A DNA stretch of 64,000 nt from a virus. The position numbers and the translations under genes were made by a program. Location of the stretch: IMG/VR virus record IMGVR_UViG_3300027969_000045; one strand, written 5' to 3'. A model generated the notes under the pieces. It was given only the letters and a program-made list of their open reading frames with translations. It ran no database searches and was not told the DNA's origin. Each line of letters opens with the position of its first letter. The stretch's first letter is position 1. This document shows, piece by piece, positions 37,855 to 46,139 of this stretch.

Positions 37855-37855
37855 T

Positions 37856-38047
37856 TCATCTTCCTTCTTCTTTGTGTATCCAAACTTTTAAATTTTTAAC
37901 GTATTTTCTTAATATCTGTGCTTGCTCTTCGTGCCAGTAATCTCCTGTTTCTAGGTGAATACGTGTATGATTATCTATTGCTTGTAGCATTTGGTGAATG
38001 GGTTTGTTCCATTTTTCTCTATGTGGAGTATCAAACTCTCTTGCCAT
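37856..38047 (-). CDS. Small hypothetical protein
   Basis: 63 aa with GAGG RBS; in minus-strand mini-operon. Confidence 0.65.
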   Translation of the reverse strand: MAREFDTPHREKWNKPIHQMLQAIDNHTRIHLETGDYWHEEQAQILRKYVKNLKVWIHKEEGR

Positions 38048-38053
38048 AATACC

Positions 38054-38167
38054 TCATTTCTTTTTGCCTCCATTTTTAGCTTTTTTAATAGTTGCATTAC
38101 CTTGATTTTGTTTGGATTGCTTTCCACCAGCAGAACCTTTTTTACCTTTATTTGCAGACTTACTCAT
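38054..38167 (-). CDS. Small Lys/Gly-rich basic peptide (37 aa, not in ORF track)
   Basis: MSKSANKGKKGSAGGKQSKQNQGNATIKKAKNGGKKK; minus-strand TATAAATA 38189-38196. Confidence 0.55.
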   Translation of the reverse strand: MSKSANKGKKGSAGGKQSKQNQGNATIKKAKNGGKKK

Positions 38168-38221
38168 GAGGGCATTTCTATTTGTAAATATTTATACTTT
38201 TTATGGAAGAATTCCAAAAGA

Positions 38222-38250
38222 TTGACAAATCCTAAATATTCTGATATTAT
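38222..38250 (+). promoter_or_regulatory. sigma70 promoter with nested late promoter
   Basis: TTGACA-17 bp-TATTAT with CTAAATA in the spacer. Confidence 0.6.
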
Positions 38251-38301
38251 GTTGAAACCCAAACACATTGGGTCATATCATGAGATTTTGATGTGAAACT
38301 T

Positions 38302-38368
38302 AGAGCCGTGGGCAATGCCTCCCGAGAGGGTTGGAACTTCTCCTTTGCCTATACGGATGTCGAATTCT
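38302..38368 (+). ncRNA. Candidate structured cis-regulatory RNA in the rlpA leader
   Basis: CCGT/ACGG, GGCAA/TTGCC, CCC-GAGA-GGG and GGA/TCC stems form a multi-way junction ending 9 nt before the ATG. Confidence 0.5.
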
Positions 38369-38377
38369 ATTAAACTA

Positions 38378-38749
38378 ATGCTTTTCAAAAAAACAATTCA
38401 AACCCTTTCGGTCGTTGCTCTGAGTCTTGGTGCTCTTGCCCCAATTCCCTCTCAAGCGGCGACCTGTTCTTATGCTTCACATTATGGGATTGGTGACGGT
38501 TACGATGGTCAAAGAACTGCTAATGGCGAACGGTTCAATGCTTATGGTAACTCAGCCGCACATCGTGATCTTCCATTTGGCACTAGATTGAGAGTAACTA
38601 ATGAATCAAATGGAAAATCTGTTGTTATACGAATCAATGATCGTGGTCCATATGTAAGTGGTAGGAGTCTTGATCTTTCTTATGGTGCTTTCTCAACGAT
38701 TGCATCACCAAGTAGGGGAGAGATTAGGGTTTGTTATTCTAGATTGTAA
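38378..38749 (+). CDS. rlpA: RlpA-like DPBB lytic transglycosylase with signal peptide
   Basis: ASHYG..RTANGERF..AAHRDLPFGT..INDRGPY..LDLS. Confidence 0.88.
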   Translation: MLFKKTIQTLSVVALSLGALAPIPSQAATCSYASHYGIGDGYDGQRTANGERFNAYGNSAAHRDLPFGTRLRVTNESNGKSVVIRINDRGPYVSGRSLDLSYGAFSTIASPSRGEIRVCYSRL

Positions 38750-38783
38750 TTGATAAATAGGGGAGAGTTCATTCTCTCCCTTT

Positions 38784-39212
38784 ATGTTTAATTTTAATTT
38801 TGGAAATAAAAAACCAGATATTAAACAATATGCAATCATAGGAATTATCTTAAGTTCTGTGATTGCAACTCTTACACAATGTACTGGAATTCAAGAAACA
38901 TCCTTATGGGATGTATTTGATGAGGTGCAACGTAAGTTTTTCCCTCAAACAATCTTGAATGATTTCATCATCAAAGATCCCGAAAAATTGGATCGTAGGG
39001 TGAAGAGAGATGTTGATTTGGCAATTGCTGAGTATGAAAGATTGACAGGAGATGATGGAAAGATTAGGATGCCTAAACCACGATATTCAGAGAAACCACC
39101 AGACGGGTCTTATGTCCAATCAGTTTTGGGTGGTGAAATGAGATTGTGTGCTCCTTGGGTAAACGATTGCCCCTTTACAGACCAGAATAATGCGGATGTA
39201 ACTCAGCGGTAG
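38784..39212 (+). CDS. Hypothetical membrane-anchored protein
   Basis: N-terminal transmembrane segment; 3' end overlaps tRNA-Gly. Confidence 0.65.
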   Translation: MFNFNFGNKKPDIKQYAIIGIILSSVIATLTQCTGIQETSLWDVFDEVQRKFFPQTILNDFIIKDPEKLDRRVKRDVDLAIAEYERLTGDDGKIRMPKPRYSEKPPDGSYVQSVLGGEMRLCAPWVNDCPFTDQNNADVTQR

Positions 39213-39263
39213 AGTTCCTGCTTGCCAAGTAGATTGTCGTCGGTTCGAATCCGATCATCCGCT
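39192..39263 (+). tRNA. tRNA-Gly (GCC)
   Basis: Acceptor GCGGATG/CATCCGC, D arm ACTC/GAGT, anticodon loop TTGCCAA, T arm GTCGG-TTCGAAT-CCGAT. Confidence 0.88.
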
Positions 39264-39319
39264 TTCCCAGAAACACTGGGATATAAATAAACTTCGTAGT
39301 TATAAAACTTAACAAATTT

Positions 39320-40207
39320 ATGAAATTTAAATCAATTTTTGCTGGTGCCGTTATTGCCTCTGGAATGGTTGCACCTGCTCTTGCGACTCCAAACGGGCAG
39401 TTCTCTGATGTTTCTCCAACAAATTGGGCATATCAGGCAATTACCAATCTAAATGCTCGTTATGGTTGCCTTGCTGGTTATCCAAATGGTACTCTAAAAC
39501 CATCCCAGTCTGCTACTCGTGCTGAACTAGTTGCTCTGACAAATGCTTGTCTGGATCGTATTTCTGAGTTTTCTAGTGCTGAAGATGCCCGCACTGCTTC
39601 TGCTCTTCGTGCTCAATTCTCCAAAGAACTTGCAGTTACTAATGCTCGTCTGAGTGTATTGGAAGTTGCTTCTGCTCGTAAGGCACAAGGAGTTGGTCAA
39701 TATGTTGGTGTTGGCGTTCTTCTAAATCAACAAGGTGTAAGTGGTAATGGTTATGGTGCTAATCGTACCGTTTCTGGTGCTACCGTTCAGGCACGTTTCC
39801 CTGTTGCTACTGCTTGGGGTAATGAAGTCTCCGTTCGTCCTTATGCTAACTTTGTTGGCAGTCCTTCCGGTCAGATTGGATCTGCTGGTGGTGCTCTTGC
39901 CACTTATGATTATTCCATTTCAAGCAAAACTCTTGCTGATGGAACTAAAGTAAGTCGTGCAAATGTTTATGGTGGTGTTGGTTATCAAGTTCCTTTCGTA
40001 AATAACACTACTTCAAACTATCAGTCTGCTGTTGGTTCACAAGGTCAAGTTGTTCTTGCTCTTGGTGTTGAAGGTCGTATTACCAATTCTTTGGTTGGTT
40101 TTGCCGATGTTAAGTTCCCTACCACCAATGCTGCAAATAGTTATGGAGTTACTGGAGGTTCTTATAGTCCAGTGTTCACAACTGGTCTTGGTATCAAATT
40201 TAACTGA
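39320..40207 (+). CDS. Outer-membrane protein: signal peptide, cyanobacterial porin-type SLH domain, small beta-barrel
   Basis: FSDVSPTNWAYQAI..RYGCLAGYPNGT..TRAE..NACLDRI; amphipathic strands ending GLGIKFN; late promoter. Confidence 0.75.
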   Translation: MKFKSIFAGAVIASGMVAPALATPNGQFSDVSPTNWAYQAITNLNARYGCLAGYPNGTLKPSQSATRAELVALTNACLDRISEFSSAEDARTASALRAQFSKELAVTNARLSVLEVASARKAQGVGQYVGVGVLLNQQGVSGNGYGANRTVSGATVQARFPVATAWGNEVSVRPYANFVGSPSGQIGSAGGALATYDYSISSKTLADGTKVSRANVYGGVGYQVPFVNNTTSNYQSAVGSQGQVVLALGVEGRITNSLVGFADVKFPTTNAANSYGVTGGSYSPVFTTGLGIKFN

Positions 40208-40230
40208 TAGACTACTCATAAGTTGAGTTG

Positions 40231-40260
40231 GACTACCTCTTTATGGGGTAGTCTTTTTTT
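40231..40260 (+). terminator. Terminator followed by late promoter
   Basis: GACTACCTC/GGGGTAGTC with T run, then TATAAATA. Confidence 0.7.
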
Positions 40261-40284
40261 TATAAATAATAAAAAAAGTCTATA

Positions 40285-40719
40285 ATGGAAACTTTATTTA
40301 AATCTTTGAGTGATGCTCAAGCATCACTTTTTGTTTTATTTCAAAAGACGTGGATTTACCATTGGAATGTTGTTGGACCAGACTTTCAACAACTTCATAC
40401 ACTCTTTGGTGGGCAGTATGAGACTATGTTTGAAGAGATTGATACCCTCACCGAACATATGAGGTATTTGGGAATGAAACCAGTCAGCACTCTCACAAGA
40501 GCAGTTGAAGTATCTCAAATTTCAGAAGCAGATAGTTCAATTGGTGCTATGGAAATGGTTTCCCAACTACGTGATGATAATAAGAAACTCATTGAAATGC
40601 TTACTGTAATATCAGAAGAAGCAGATGACCAAAAGCAATACGCAACATCAAATTTAGTTCAAAGTTTATGTGAAACTCACGGTAAATTTGTTTGGCAATT
40701 AAGAAGTATTTTAGAATAA
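40285..40719 (+). CDS. dps: Dps / ferritin-like DNA-protection protein
   Basis: YHWNVVGPDFQQLHTLF..Y..IDTLTEH..HGKFVWQL. Confidence 0.88.
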   Translation: METLFKSLSDAQASLFVLFQKTWIYHWNVVGPDFQQLHTLFGGQYETMFEEIDTLTEHMRYLGMKPVSTLTRAVEVSQISEADSSIGAMEMVSQLRDDNKKLIEMLTVISEEADDQKQYATSNLVQSLCETHGKFVWQLRSILE

Positions 40720-40750
40720 AGACTTGAATTTTTTGAATAGGTATGGTAAG

Positions 40751-41005
40751 ATGTTAAAGGTTAGATGTAAAAATTGTAATGCTGTGTTGGAGTCTCATCC
40801 GACACAGACCAGATGTTGTGGTTGTGATAATTTCACAACTTTAAGAGGAGAAAATATCTCTGGATTAGATTTAACACGAATAGAATTAATTTCAAATTTT
40901 CGTGGTGAATCTAATTCAACAACACTTCTTACACAAGAAGATATTGCTTATCACGAAGCAAGACGAAACCGCAAAATTAGAAAAATGGAGTTTGAAATTA
41001 GATGA
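40751..41005 (+). CDS. Small Cys-rich hypothetical protein
   Basis: RCKNC..CCGCDN zinc-binding pattern. Confidence 0.65.
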   Translation: MLKVRCKNCNAVLESHPTQTRCCGCDNFTTLRGENISGLDLTRIELISNFRGESNSTTLLTQEDIAYHEARRNRKIRKMEFEIR

Positions 41006-41160
41006 GTTGGGAATCCCCAAAACTTTCAAAAAGAGATATTGAACTACTTACAGTCACTCTTGATGATTATATTTTTTATGCCAAAAACGATGGTGGCCCT
41101 GATACGGGAGAAGTTGAAAGATTTCTTCATAGATTAGAAGATCATTTAAATAAGTTTTGA
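41002..41160 (+). CDS. Small hypothetical protein (52 aa)
   Basis: ATG overlaps previous stop; MSWESPKLSKRDIELL... Confidence 0.5.
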   Translation: MSWESPKLSKRDIELLTVTLDDYIFYAKNDGGPDTGEVERFLHRLEDHLNKF

Positions 41161-41221
41161 TTTCAACATAGTTATAGATTTTAACATTTATAACTATTAG
41201 TATCCTCTTGATACAAAATAA

Positions 41222-41371
41222 ATGGATCAACACACCTATGATAATTGGATTAAGATCAAAGAAACTTTTGAAAAATCCGGCAATACCAATAATATGTTTT
41301 ATAGACGTGCTTGTGAAATTATAAAATCAAAAAAAGACCCATTAGCAAAATATCTTGGTGATGAAAAATGA
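41222..41371 (+). CDS. Small hypothetical protein (49 aa)
   Basis: MDQHTYDNWIKIKETFEKSGNTNNMFYRRACEII... Confidence 0.6.
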   Translation: MDQHTYDNWIKIKETFEKSGNTNNMFYRRACEIIKSKKDPLAKYLGDEK

Positions 41372-41511
41372 ATTATGATGATATTGAAAAATTGATTGAT
41401 AAAAAAATTCAACAGCACGAATTTAGAATTGGTATTATTAGTGGAATTTTGGGATCCCTATTTGTATTTGGAATTATTCACGCAATTTGGTTAATCAAAG
41501 AAAGCATATAA
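41368..41511 (+). CDS. Small membrane protein (47 aa)
   Basis: ATGA coupling; C-terminal hydrophobic helix. Confidence 0.55.
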   Translation: MNYDDIEKLIDKKIQQHEFRIGIISGILGSLFVFGIIHAIWLIKESI

Positions 41512-41517
41512 ATTCTC

Positions 41518-41546
41518 TTGACAGATCAACAGATTTTTGGTATGAT
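41518..41546 (+). promoter_or_regulatory. sigma70 promoter
   Basis: TTGACA-17 bp-TATGAT with TG extension. Confidence 0.7.
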
Positions 41547-41571
41547 TAATTCACACAACTTAAATATGATT

Positions 41572-41754
41572 ATGGAAACTTTTACAATTGAAGAATTTCA
41601 AGAAGATTTTGATAATCTTTTAGGAAGAGTTGAGACTGGTGAATCTTTTGTAATTACTAGTGAATATGGAAATGCTGTTCTTATTCCATATGCTGAATAC
41701 AAAGAAGTAAATGAATTTGTAAAATGTTTATGTGATCACGACGACGGTTGTTGA
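41572..41754 (+). CDS. Phd/YefM antitoxin-like small protein (orphan)
   Basis: METFTIEEFQEDFDNLLGRVETGESFVITSEYGNAVLIPY resembles the Phd/YefM N-terminal fold pattern. Confidence 0.6.
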   Translation: METFTIEEFQEDFDNLLGRVETGESFVITSEYGNAVLIPYAEYKEVNEFVKCLCDHDDGC

Positions 41755-41770
41755 TTCTTTCTGATGATAC

Positions 41771-41842
41771 GGTTCTGTCGCCTATTGGTTAAGGCCGACA
41801 CCTTATAAGTGTCTGAACGGAGTTCAATTCTCTGCAGAACCA
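41771..41842 (+). tRNA. tRNA-Ile (TAT)
   Basis: GGTTCTG/CAGAACC acceptor, GCCT/AGGC D stem, GACAC-CTTATAA-GTGTC anticodon arm, CGGAG-TTCAATT-CTCTG T arm. Confidence 0.9.
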
Positions 41843-41874
41843 CTATTAATAATATTAAAATTATCTTATTTTTT

Positions 41875-42345
41875 ATGGGGAAAAAACCTACGTGGAACGA
41901 CAACGAATTGATTGATGCAGTATCTAAATGTAAAAGTTTTAGTCAAGTTGCATTTTATTTAAATATGTCCAAATCTACCAATTCATTGTTAAAAAAAAGA
42001 GCAAATGAATTGGGATTAGATTATACGCATTTTAAAATTTCAGGATATGATGCAAAACCTATTGCTGAAATATTAATTTATGCAAATGAAGACATAAAGG
42101 GAACTCATAAGTTAAAAATAAGATTAATTAAAGAAAAATATTTTGATCATAAATGTTATAATTGTGGTATAACAGAATGGAATGGTAAACCAACTCCTAT
42201 AGAACTGGAACATATTAACGGAGACAGGTGTAATAATAGATTGGAAAATCTAACCATATTATGTCCAAATTGCCACGCACAAACCCCAACTTATAGGGGA
42301 AAAAATATTAAGTTAAAAAGAATAGCAACATATTTACCAGATTAA
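41875..42345 (+). CDS. HNH homing endonuclease next to tRNA
   Basis: CYNCG..WNGKP..ELEHINGDRCNNRLENLTILCPNCHAQT. Confidence 0.9.
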   Translation: MGKKPTWNDNELIDAVSKCKSFSQVAFYLNMSKSTNSLLKKRANELGLDYTHFKISGYDAKPIAEILIYANEDIKGTHKLKIRLIKEKYFDHKCYNCGITEWNGKPTPIELEHINGDRCNNRLENLTILCPNCHAQTPTYRGKNIKLKRIATYLPD

Positions 42346-42352
42346 GGCCTTT

Positions 42353-42379
42353 GGCAGGGTTCGATACCCTGGGCGACTA
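42353..42379 (+). pseudogene. Orphan 3' half of a tRNA (T arm plus acceptor strand)
   Basis: CAGGG-TTCGATA-CCCTG followed by GGCGACT-A; no matching 5' half adjacent. Confidence 0.45.
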
Positions 42380-42441
42380 TTACTAAATATAACGAGAGAG
42401 TTTATTACTCTCTTTTTTAATATAATATTGTAAAATTTTTT

Positions 42442-42942
42442 ATGAAAATTGGTTTTAATTGTAGTTCATTTGATTTGTTTCACGCTGGGCACGTTACTAT
42501 GCTTAAAATGGAAAAAGAATTATGCGATTACTTAAAAGTTGCACTTCAAGTTGATCCGACCGTAGATCGTCCTGGCATTAAAAATAAACCAGTACAATCT
42601 GCTTACGAACGTTATGTTCAACTTCAAGGATGCAAGTATGTTGATGAAATCCTTGTTTATGAAACAGAAGAAGATCTTCTTAATTTAATTCAATCCCAAA
42701 CAATTCATATAAGATTTTTGAGTGAAGAATATAAAGATAGAGATTTTACTGGTAAGCAATATTGTATTGATAATGGTATAGAATTATTCTTTCATTTAAG
42801 AAGGCACAAATATTCTTCAACTGAAATTAGAACTAGAGTTCATCATCTTGAAGAACAAAAAAGAATAAAAAAATTAGAAGAAAATGTAATAGAACAATAT
42901 TCCCCAGAAATTTTAGAAAAATATTCTTTTAAAGATAATTAA
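42442..42942 (+). CDS. Cytidylyltransferase (TagD/RfaE-like)
   Basis: SSFDLFHAGH, KYVDEI, YSSTEIR. Confidence 0.85.
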   Translation: MKIGFNCSSFDLFHAGHVTMLKMEKELCDYLKVALQVDPTVDRPGIKNKPVQSAYERYVQLQGCKYVDEILVYETEEDLLNLIQSQTIHIRFLSEEYKDRDFTGKQYCIDNGIELFFHLRRHKYSSTEIRTRVHHLEEQKRIKKLEENVIEQYSPEILEKYSFKDN

Positions 42943-42944
42943 CT

Positions 42945-43865
42945 ATGACAATTTTAGTGACTGGTGGGTGTGGATTTATTGGCAGTAATTTTATTCACCA
43001 TTTAAAAAAGAGAACAAGTGAAAAAATCATTTGTATTGATAAAATGACTTATGCTGCTGATTATGGAAATATTTCAAATTTAGATATTGAATTATATCCA
43101 CTTGATATTAATAATTCGGATTATGTATTTAAAGAAAATAAAATTAAAACCGTCTATCATTTTGCTGCGGAAAGTCACGTAGATAATTCAATTAAAAGTT
43201 GCTCCGAATTTATCAATACTAATATTAATGGAACAGTCAATCTTTTGAATCTTTCTATGAAATATAATGTTGAGAAGTTTATTCATATTTCTACGGATGA
43301 AGTTTATGGTTCAATTGAACACGGTAAATTTACGGAGACAACAACATATAATCCAAGAAATCCATATTCAGCATCAAAAGCTGCAAGTGATCATTTTGTG
43401 ATGGCTTACCATAATACTTACGGTCTTCCTGCTATCATTACAAATTGTTCAAATAACTATGGACCAAGACAGCACGAAGAAAAATTAATTCCAAAGACAA
43501 TTAAAAATTTAATGATGGGGAATAAAGTTCCTATCTATGGTGATGGGCAACAAATTCGTGATTGGTTATATGTTCAAGACCATTGTGAGGCAATTTTAGT
43601 TGTGGCAGAAAAAGGAAAGTTTGGTGAAAAATATAATATTGGTGGAGAATGTGAAGTCAAAAATCTTGATTTGATAAAAAATATTCTTAATATTATGAAA
43701 AAAGACGAAGATATGATAGAATATGTGAAGGACCGTCCAGGGCACGACCGTAGATATTCAACTGATATTACTAAAATACAAACTGAACTTGGTTGGTCTC
43801 CTAGATTTAATTTAGAACAAGGATTGGAAAAAACCATTGAATGGTATAAAAGTCATTTACAATAA
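42945..43865 (+). CDS. rmlB: dTDP-glucose 4,6-dehydratase
   Basis: TGGCGFIG, DKMTYA, AAESHVD, STDEVYG, YSASK, DRPGHDRRY. Confidence 0.93.
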   Translation: MTILVTGGCGFIGSNFIHHLKKRTSEKIICIDKMTYAADYGNISNLDIELYPLDINNSDYVFKENKIKTVYHFAAESHVDNSIKSCSEFINTNINGTVNLLNLSMKYNVEKFIHISTDEVYGSIEHGKFTETTTYNPRNPYSASKAASDHFVMAYHNTYGLPAIITNCSNNYGPRQHEEKLIPKTIKNLMMGNKVPIYGDGQQIRDWLYVQDHCEAILVVAEKGKFGEKYNIGGECEVKNLDLIKNILNIMKKDEDMIEYVKDRPGHDRRYSTDITKIQTELGWSPRFNLEQGLEKTIEWYKSHLQ

Positions 43866-43913
43866 AGGCATTTTAAACTAAAATACATAGTACATACACT
43901 AATAAGTTAATTT

Positions 43914-44960
43914 ATGAGTCAATATAAAAAAACTGCACTTGTTCTTGGTGCGGGTGGCTTTATTGGAAGTCATATGGTAAAACGATTGAGATCCGAAGGA
44001 TATTGGGTCACCGGAGTAGATGTTAAACTCCCAGAATATTCTAAAAGTGAAGCAAATGAATTCATCCTTGGAGATTTGACAAATCAATTATTTACTGATA
44101 AAGTAATAATGTTTAAAGGATATCAACAAAACTTTTATAAATTTGTCCCATCCAAATACATATCAGCATTTGATGAAATATATCAATTTGCCGCTGATAT
44201 GGGAGGTGCTGGATATATTTTTACTGGAGAAAACGATGCTGATGTGATGAACAATTCTTGTTCTATCAATTTGAATATTCTTCGCTCGGTTAAAAATTTA
44301 AATGACAATCTTGGCGTGAATAAAACAAAAATATTTTATTCGTCATCAGCGTGTATGTATCCAGAGCACAATCAATTAGATCCTAATAATCCAAACTGCC
44401 GTGAAGAATCTGCTTATCCCGCTAGCCCAGACTCTGAATATGGATGGGAAAAACTTTTTTCAGAACGTCTTTACTTTGCGTACAATAGGAATTATAATAT
44501 ACCTGTGCGTGTATGTCGCTACCATAACATCTTTGGCCCCGAAGGGACCTGGAAAGGCGGAAAAGAAAAATCCCCAGCAGCAATTTGTCGCAAAGTAGCA
44601 GAACTTCCTGATCTTGGTGGATCCATTGAAGTTTGGGGTGATGGGGAGCAAACTCGTTCGTTCCTTTATATCAATGAATGTATTGAAGCGACACGAAGAT
44701 TGATGGAATCTGATTTTATGGGACCAGTCAATATTGGATCTGAAGAGATGGTAACAATCAATCAACTTGTGGATATTACTGCTAAAGTTTCCAGCAAAAC
44801 AGTACAGAAAAGATATAAATTGGATGCTCCCCTTGGTGTCCGTGGTCGTAATTCTAATAATGACTTAATTCGTAAAGAACTCGGTTGGGATTATAGTATG
44901 ACTTTAGAAGAGGGTATTACAAAAACTTACAAATGGATTGAGGAACAATTAAATGGTTGA
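43914..44960 (+). CDS. NAD-dependent epimerase, GDP-mannose 3,5-epimerase-like
   Basis: GAGGFIG, AADMGGAGYI, SSSACMYP, YGWEK, GGKEKSPAAICRK, GVRGRNS. Confidence 0.85.
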   Translation: MSQYKKTALVLGAGGFIGSHMVKRLRSEGYWVTGVDVKLPEYSKSEANEFILGDLTNQLFTDKVIMFKGYQQNFYKFVPSKYISAFDEIYQFAADMGGAGYIFTGENDADVMNNSCSINLNILRSVKNLNDNLGVNKTKIFYSSSACMYPEHNQLDPNNPNCREESAYPASPDSEYGWEKLFSERLYFAYNRNYNIPVRVCRYHNIFGPEGTWKGGKEKSPAAICRKVAELPDLGGSIEVWGDGEQTRSFLYINECIEATRRLMESDFMGPVNIGSEEMVTINQLVDITAKVSSKTVQKRYKLDAPLGVRGRNSNNDLIRKELGWDYSMTLEEGITKTYKWIEEQLNG

Positions 44961-45606
44961 AAATTTTTCTTGGAGTGATAATAGAAGAGAAGATTGGAGA
45001 GATTATGTCCGTTCTTTGGAAAATGATAATATAAGTGAAATTCTTGGAGCAATTCCATCAGGATGGAATGTACCACCAAAAAGTCATAATGAATTTGTGA
45101 TTTGGTTGATGAATAGAATTGATCCAAAATTAACTGTAGAACTTGGAGTTGATTGGGGATATTCATCTTTTATGCTTGCTTTGAATACAAAAAATGAGGT
45201 TGTTGGTATTGATTGTTTTGATATTTCAAAACATAGTTTAAGAAAAGATGATGACTATCAATTTGTTATGGACATAAAAGAAAAACTAAAACTTGATAAC
45301 TTAGAAATTATTAAAGGATATTTTGACGATGTAGCAAAAACTTGGAATAAAGAAATCAATCTTCTTCATATTGATGGTCTTCACGATTATAATAATTGTA
45401 AAAATGATTGCGATACCTGGGCGCCATTTTTGGAAGAAAGAGGTGTAGTATTATTCCACGATACTATTTCAAATCCAGATGGAGTTGGACTTTTCTTTTC
45501 TCAACTTGAACTTCCAAAAGTGAATTTTACCAATTCTTGTGGATTGGGTGTTGCTTCAAATGATGTTAAATTGATTGAAGAAATTAAACAAGTTTTTAAA
45601 CTATGA
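44953..45606 (+). CDS. Class I SAM-dependent methyltransferase
   Basis: VELGVDWGYS, GIDCF, LHIDGLHDY, FHD. Confidence 0.85.
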   Translation: MVENFSWSDNRREDWRDYVRSLENDNISEILGAIPSGWNVPPKSHNEFVIWLMNRIDPKLTVELGVDWGYSSFMLALNTKNEVVGIDCFDISKHSLRKDDDYQFVMDIKEKLKLDNLEIIKGYFDDVAKTWNKEINLLHIDGLHDYNNCKNDCDTWAPFLEERGVVLFHDTISNPDGVGLFFSQLELPKVNFTNSCGLGVASNDVKLIEEIKQVFKL

Positions 45607-46139
45607 TTAAACTTATAATCCTTGATGTGGATGGTGTTCTTACTGATGGCACCAAATATTATGATCATGATGGGAAAGTAGTTCTTAAACTTTTCTGTGA
45701 TAAGGATTGGACTGCAATTAAAAGGTTTCGTGCTATTGGAATTCCAGTTGTTTTTATAACTGGCGATCCTTATAATGAGATCATTCTTAAGAATAGAAAT
45801 CTCCCTGTTGTAGTGAATCGTGGCGAAGGATTTCATAAAGACAAAGTAAATTATCTTGCAGAAGTTCTTGATGATTACAATTGTCTTGTAGAAGAAGTTG
45901 TTTATCTTGGAGATGATCTTTTTGATTATGGTATAATGAGAGAGGTTGGATATCCTTATTGTGTGTTAAATTCACCAAGAACTCTTCAAGACATTTCTGT
46001 AGTTCTTCACTGTAATGGTGGAGAAAATGCAGTGATGTGTTTGTTTGAATATCTGGAGGATAGAGAATTGATTCCGGTTGTTCCTTATGATGAGGTAATG
46101 TCTAAAATTTATGAACTTGACTTGAAGGAAAACTTTTAA
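45603..46139 (+). CDS. KdsC-like HAD phosphatase
   Basis: LDVDGVLTDG, ITG, K, YLGDDLFD, GGENAV. Confidence 0.85.
   Translation: MIKLIILDVDGVLTDGTKYYDHDGKVVLKLFCDKDWTAIKRFRAIGIPVVFITGDPYNEIILKNRNLPVVVNRGEGFHKDKVNYLAEVLDDYNCLVEEVVYLGDDLFDYGIMREVGYPYCVLNSPRTLQDISVVLHCNGGENAVMCLFEYLEDRELIPVVPYDEVMSKIYELDLKENF

Noticed and set aside
38315-38377. N-terminal extension of RlpA given in the ORF track
   Set aside because: The signal peptide starts at ATG 38378; the extension overlaps a structured RNA-like element.
41771-42379. Single tRNA interrupted by an HNH-containing intron
   Set aside because: tRNA-Ile is already complete, and its acceptor stem does not match the downstream fragment.
42380-44000. 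wcaG or manA RNA motifs near the sugar genes
   Set aside because: Intergenic stretches are short and AT-rich with no recognisable structure.
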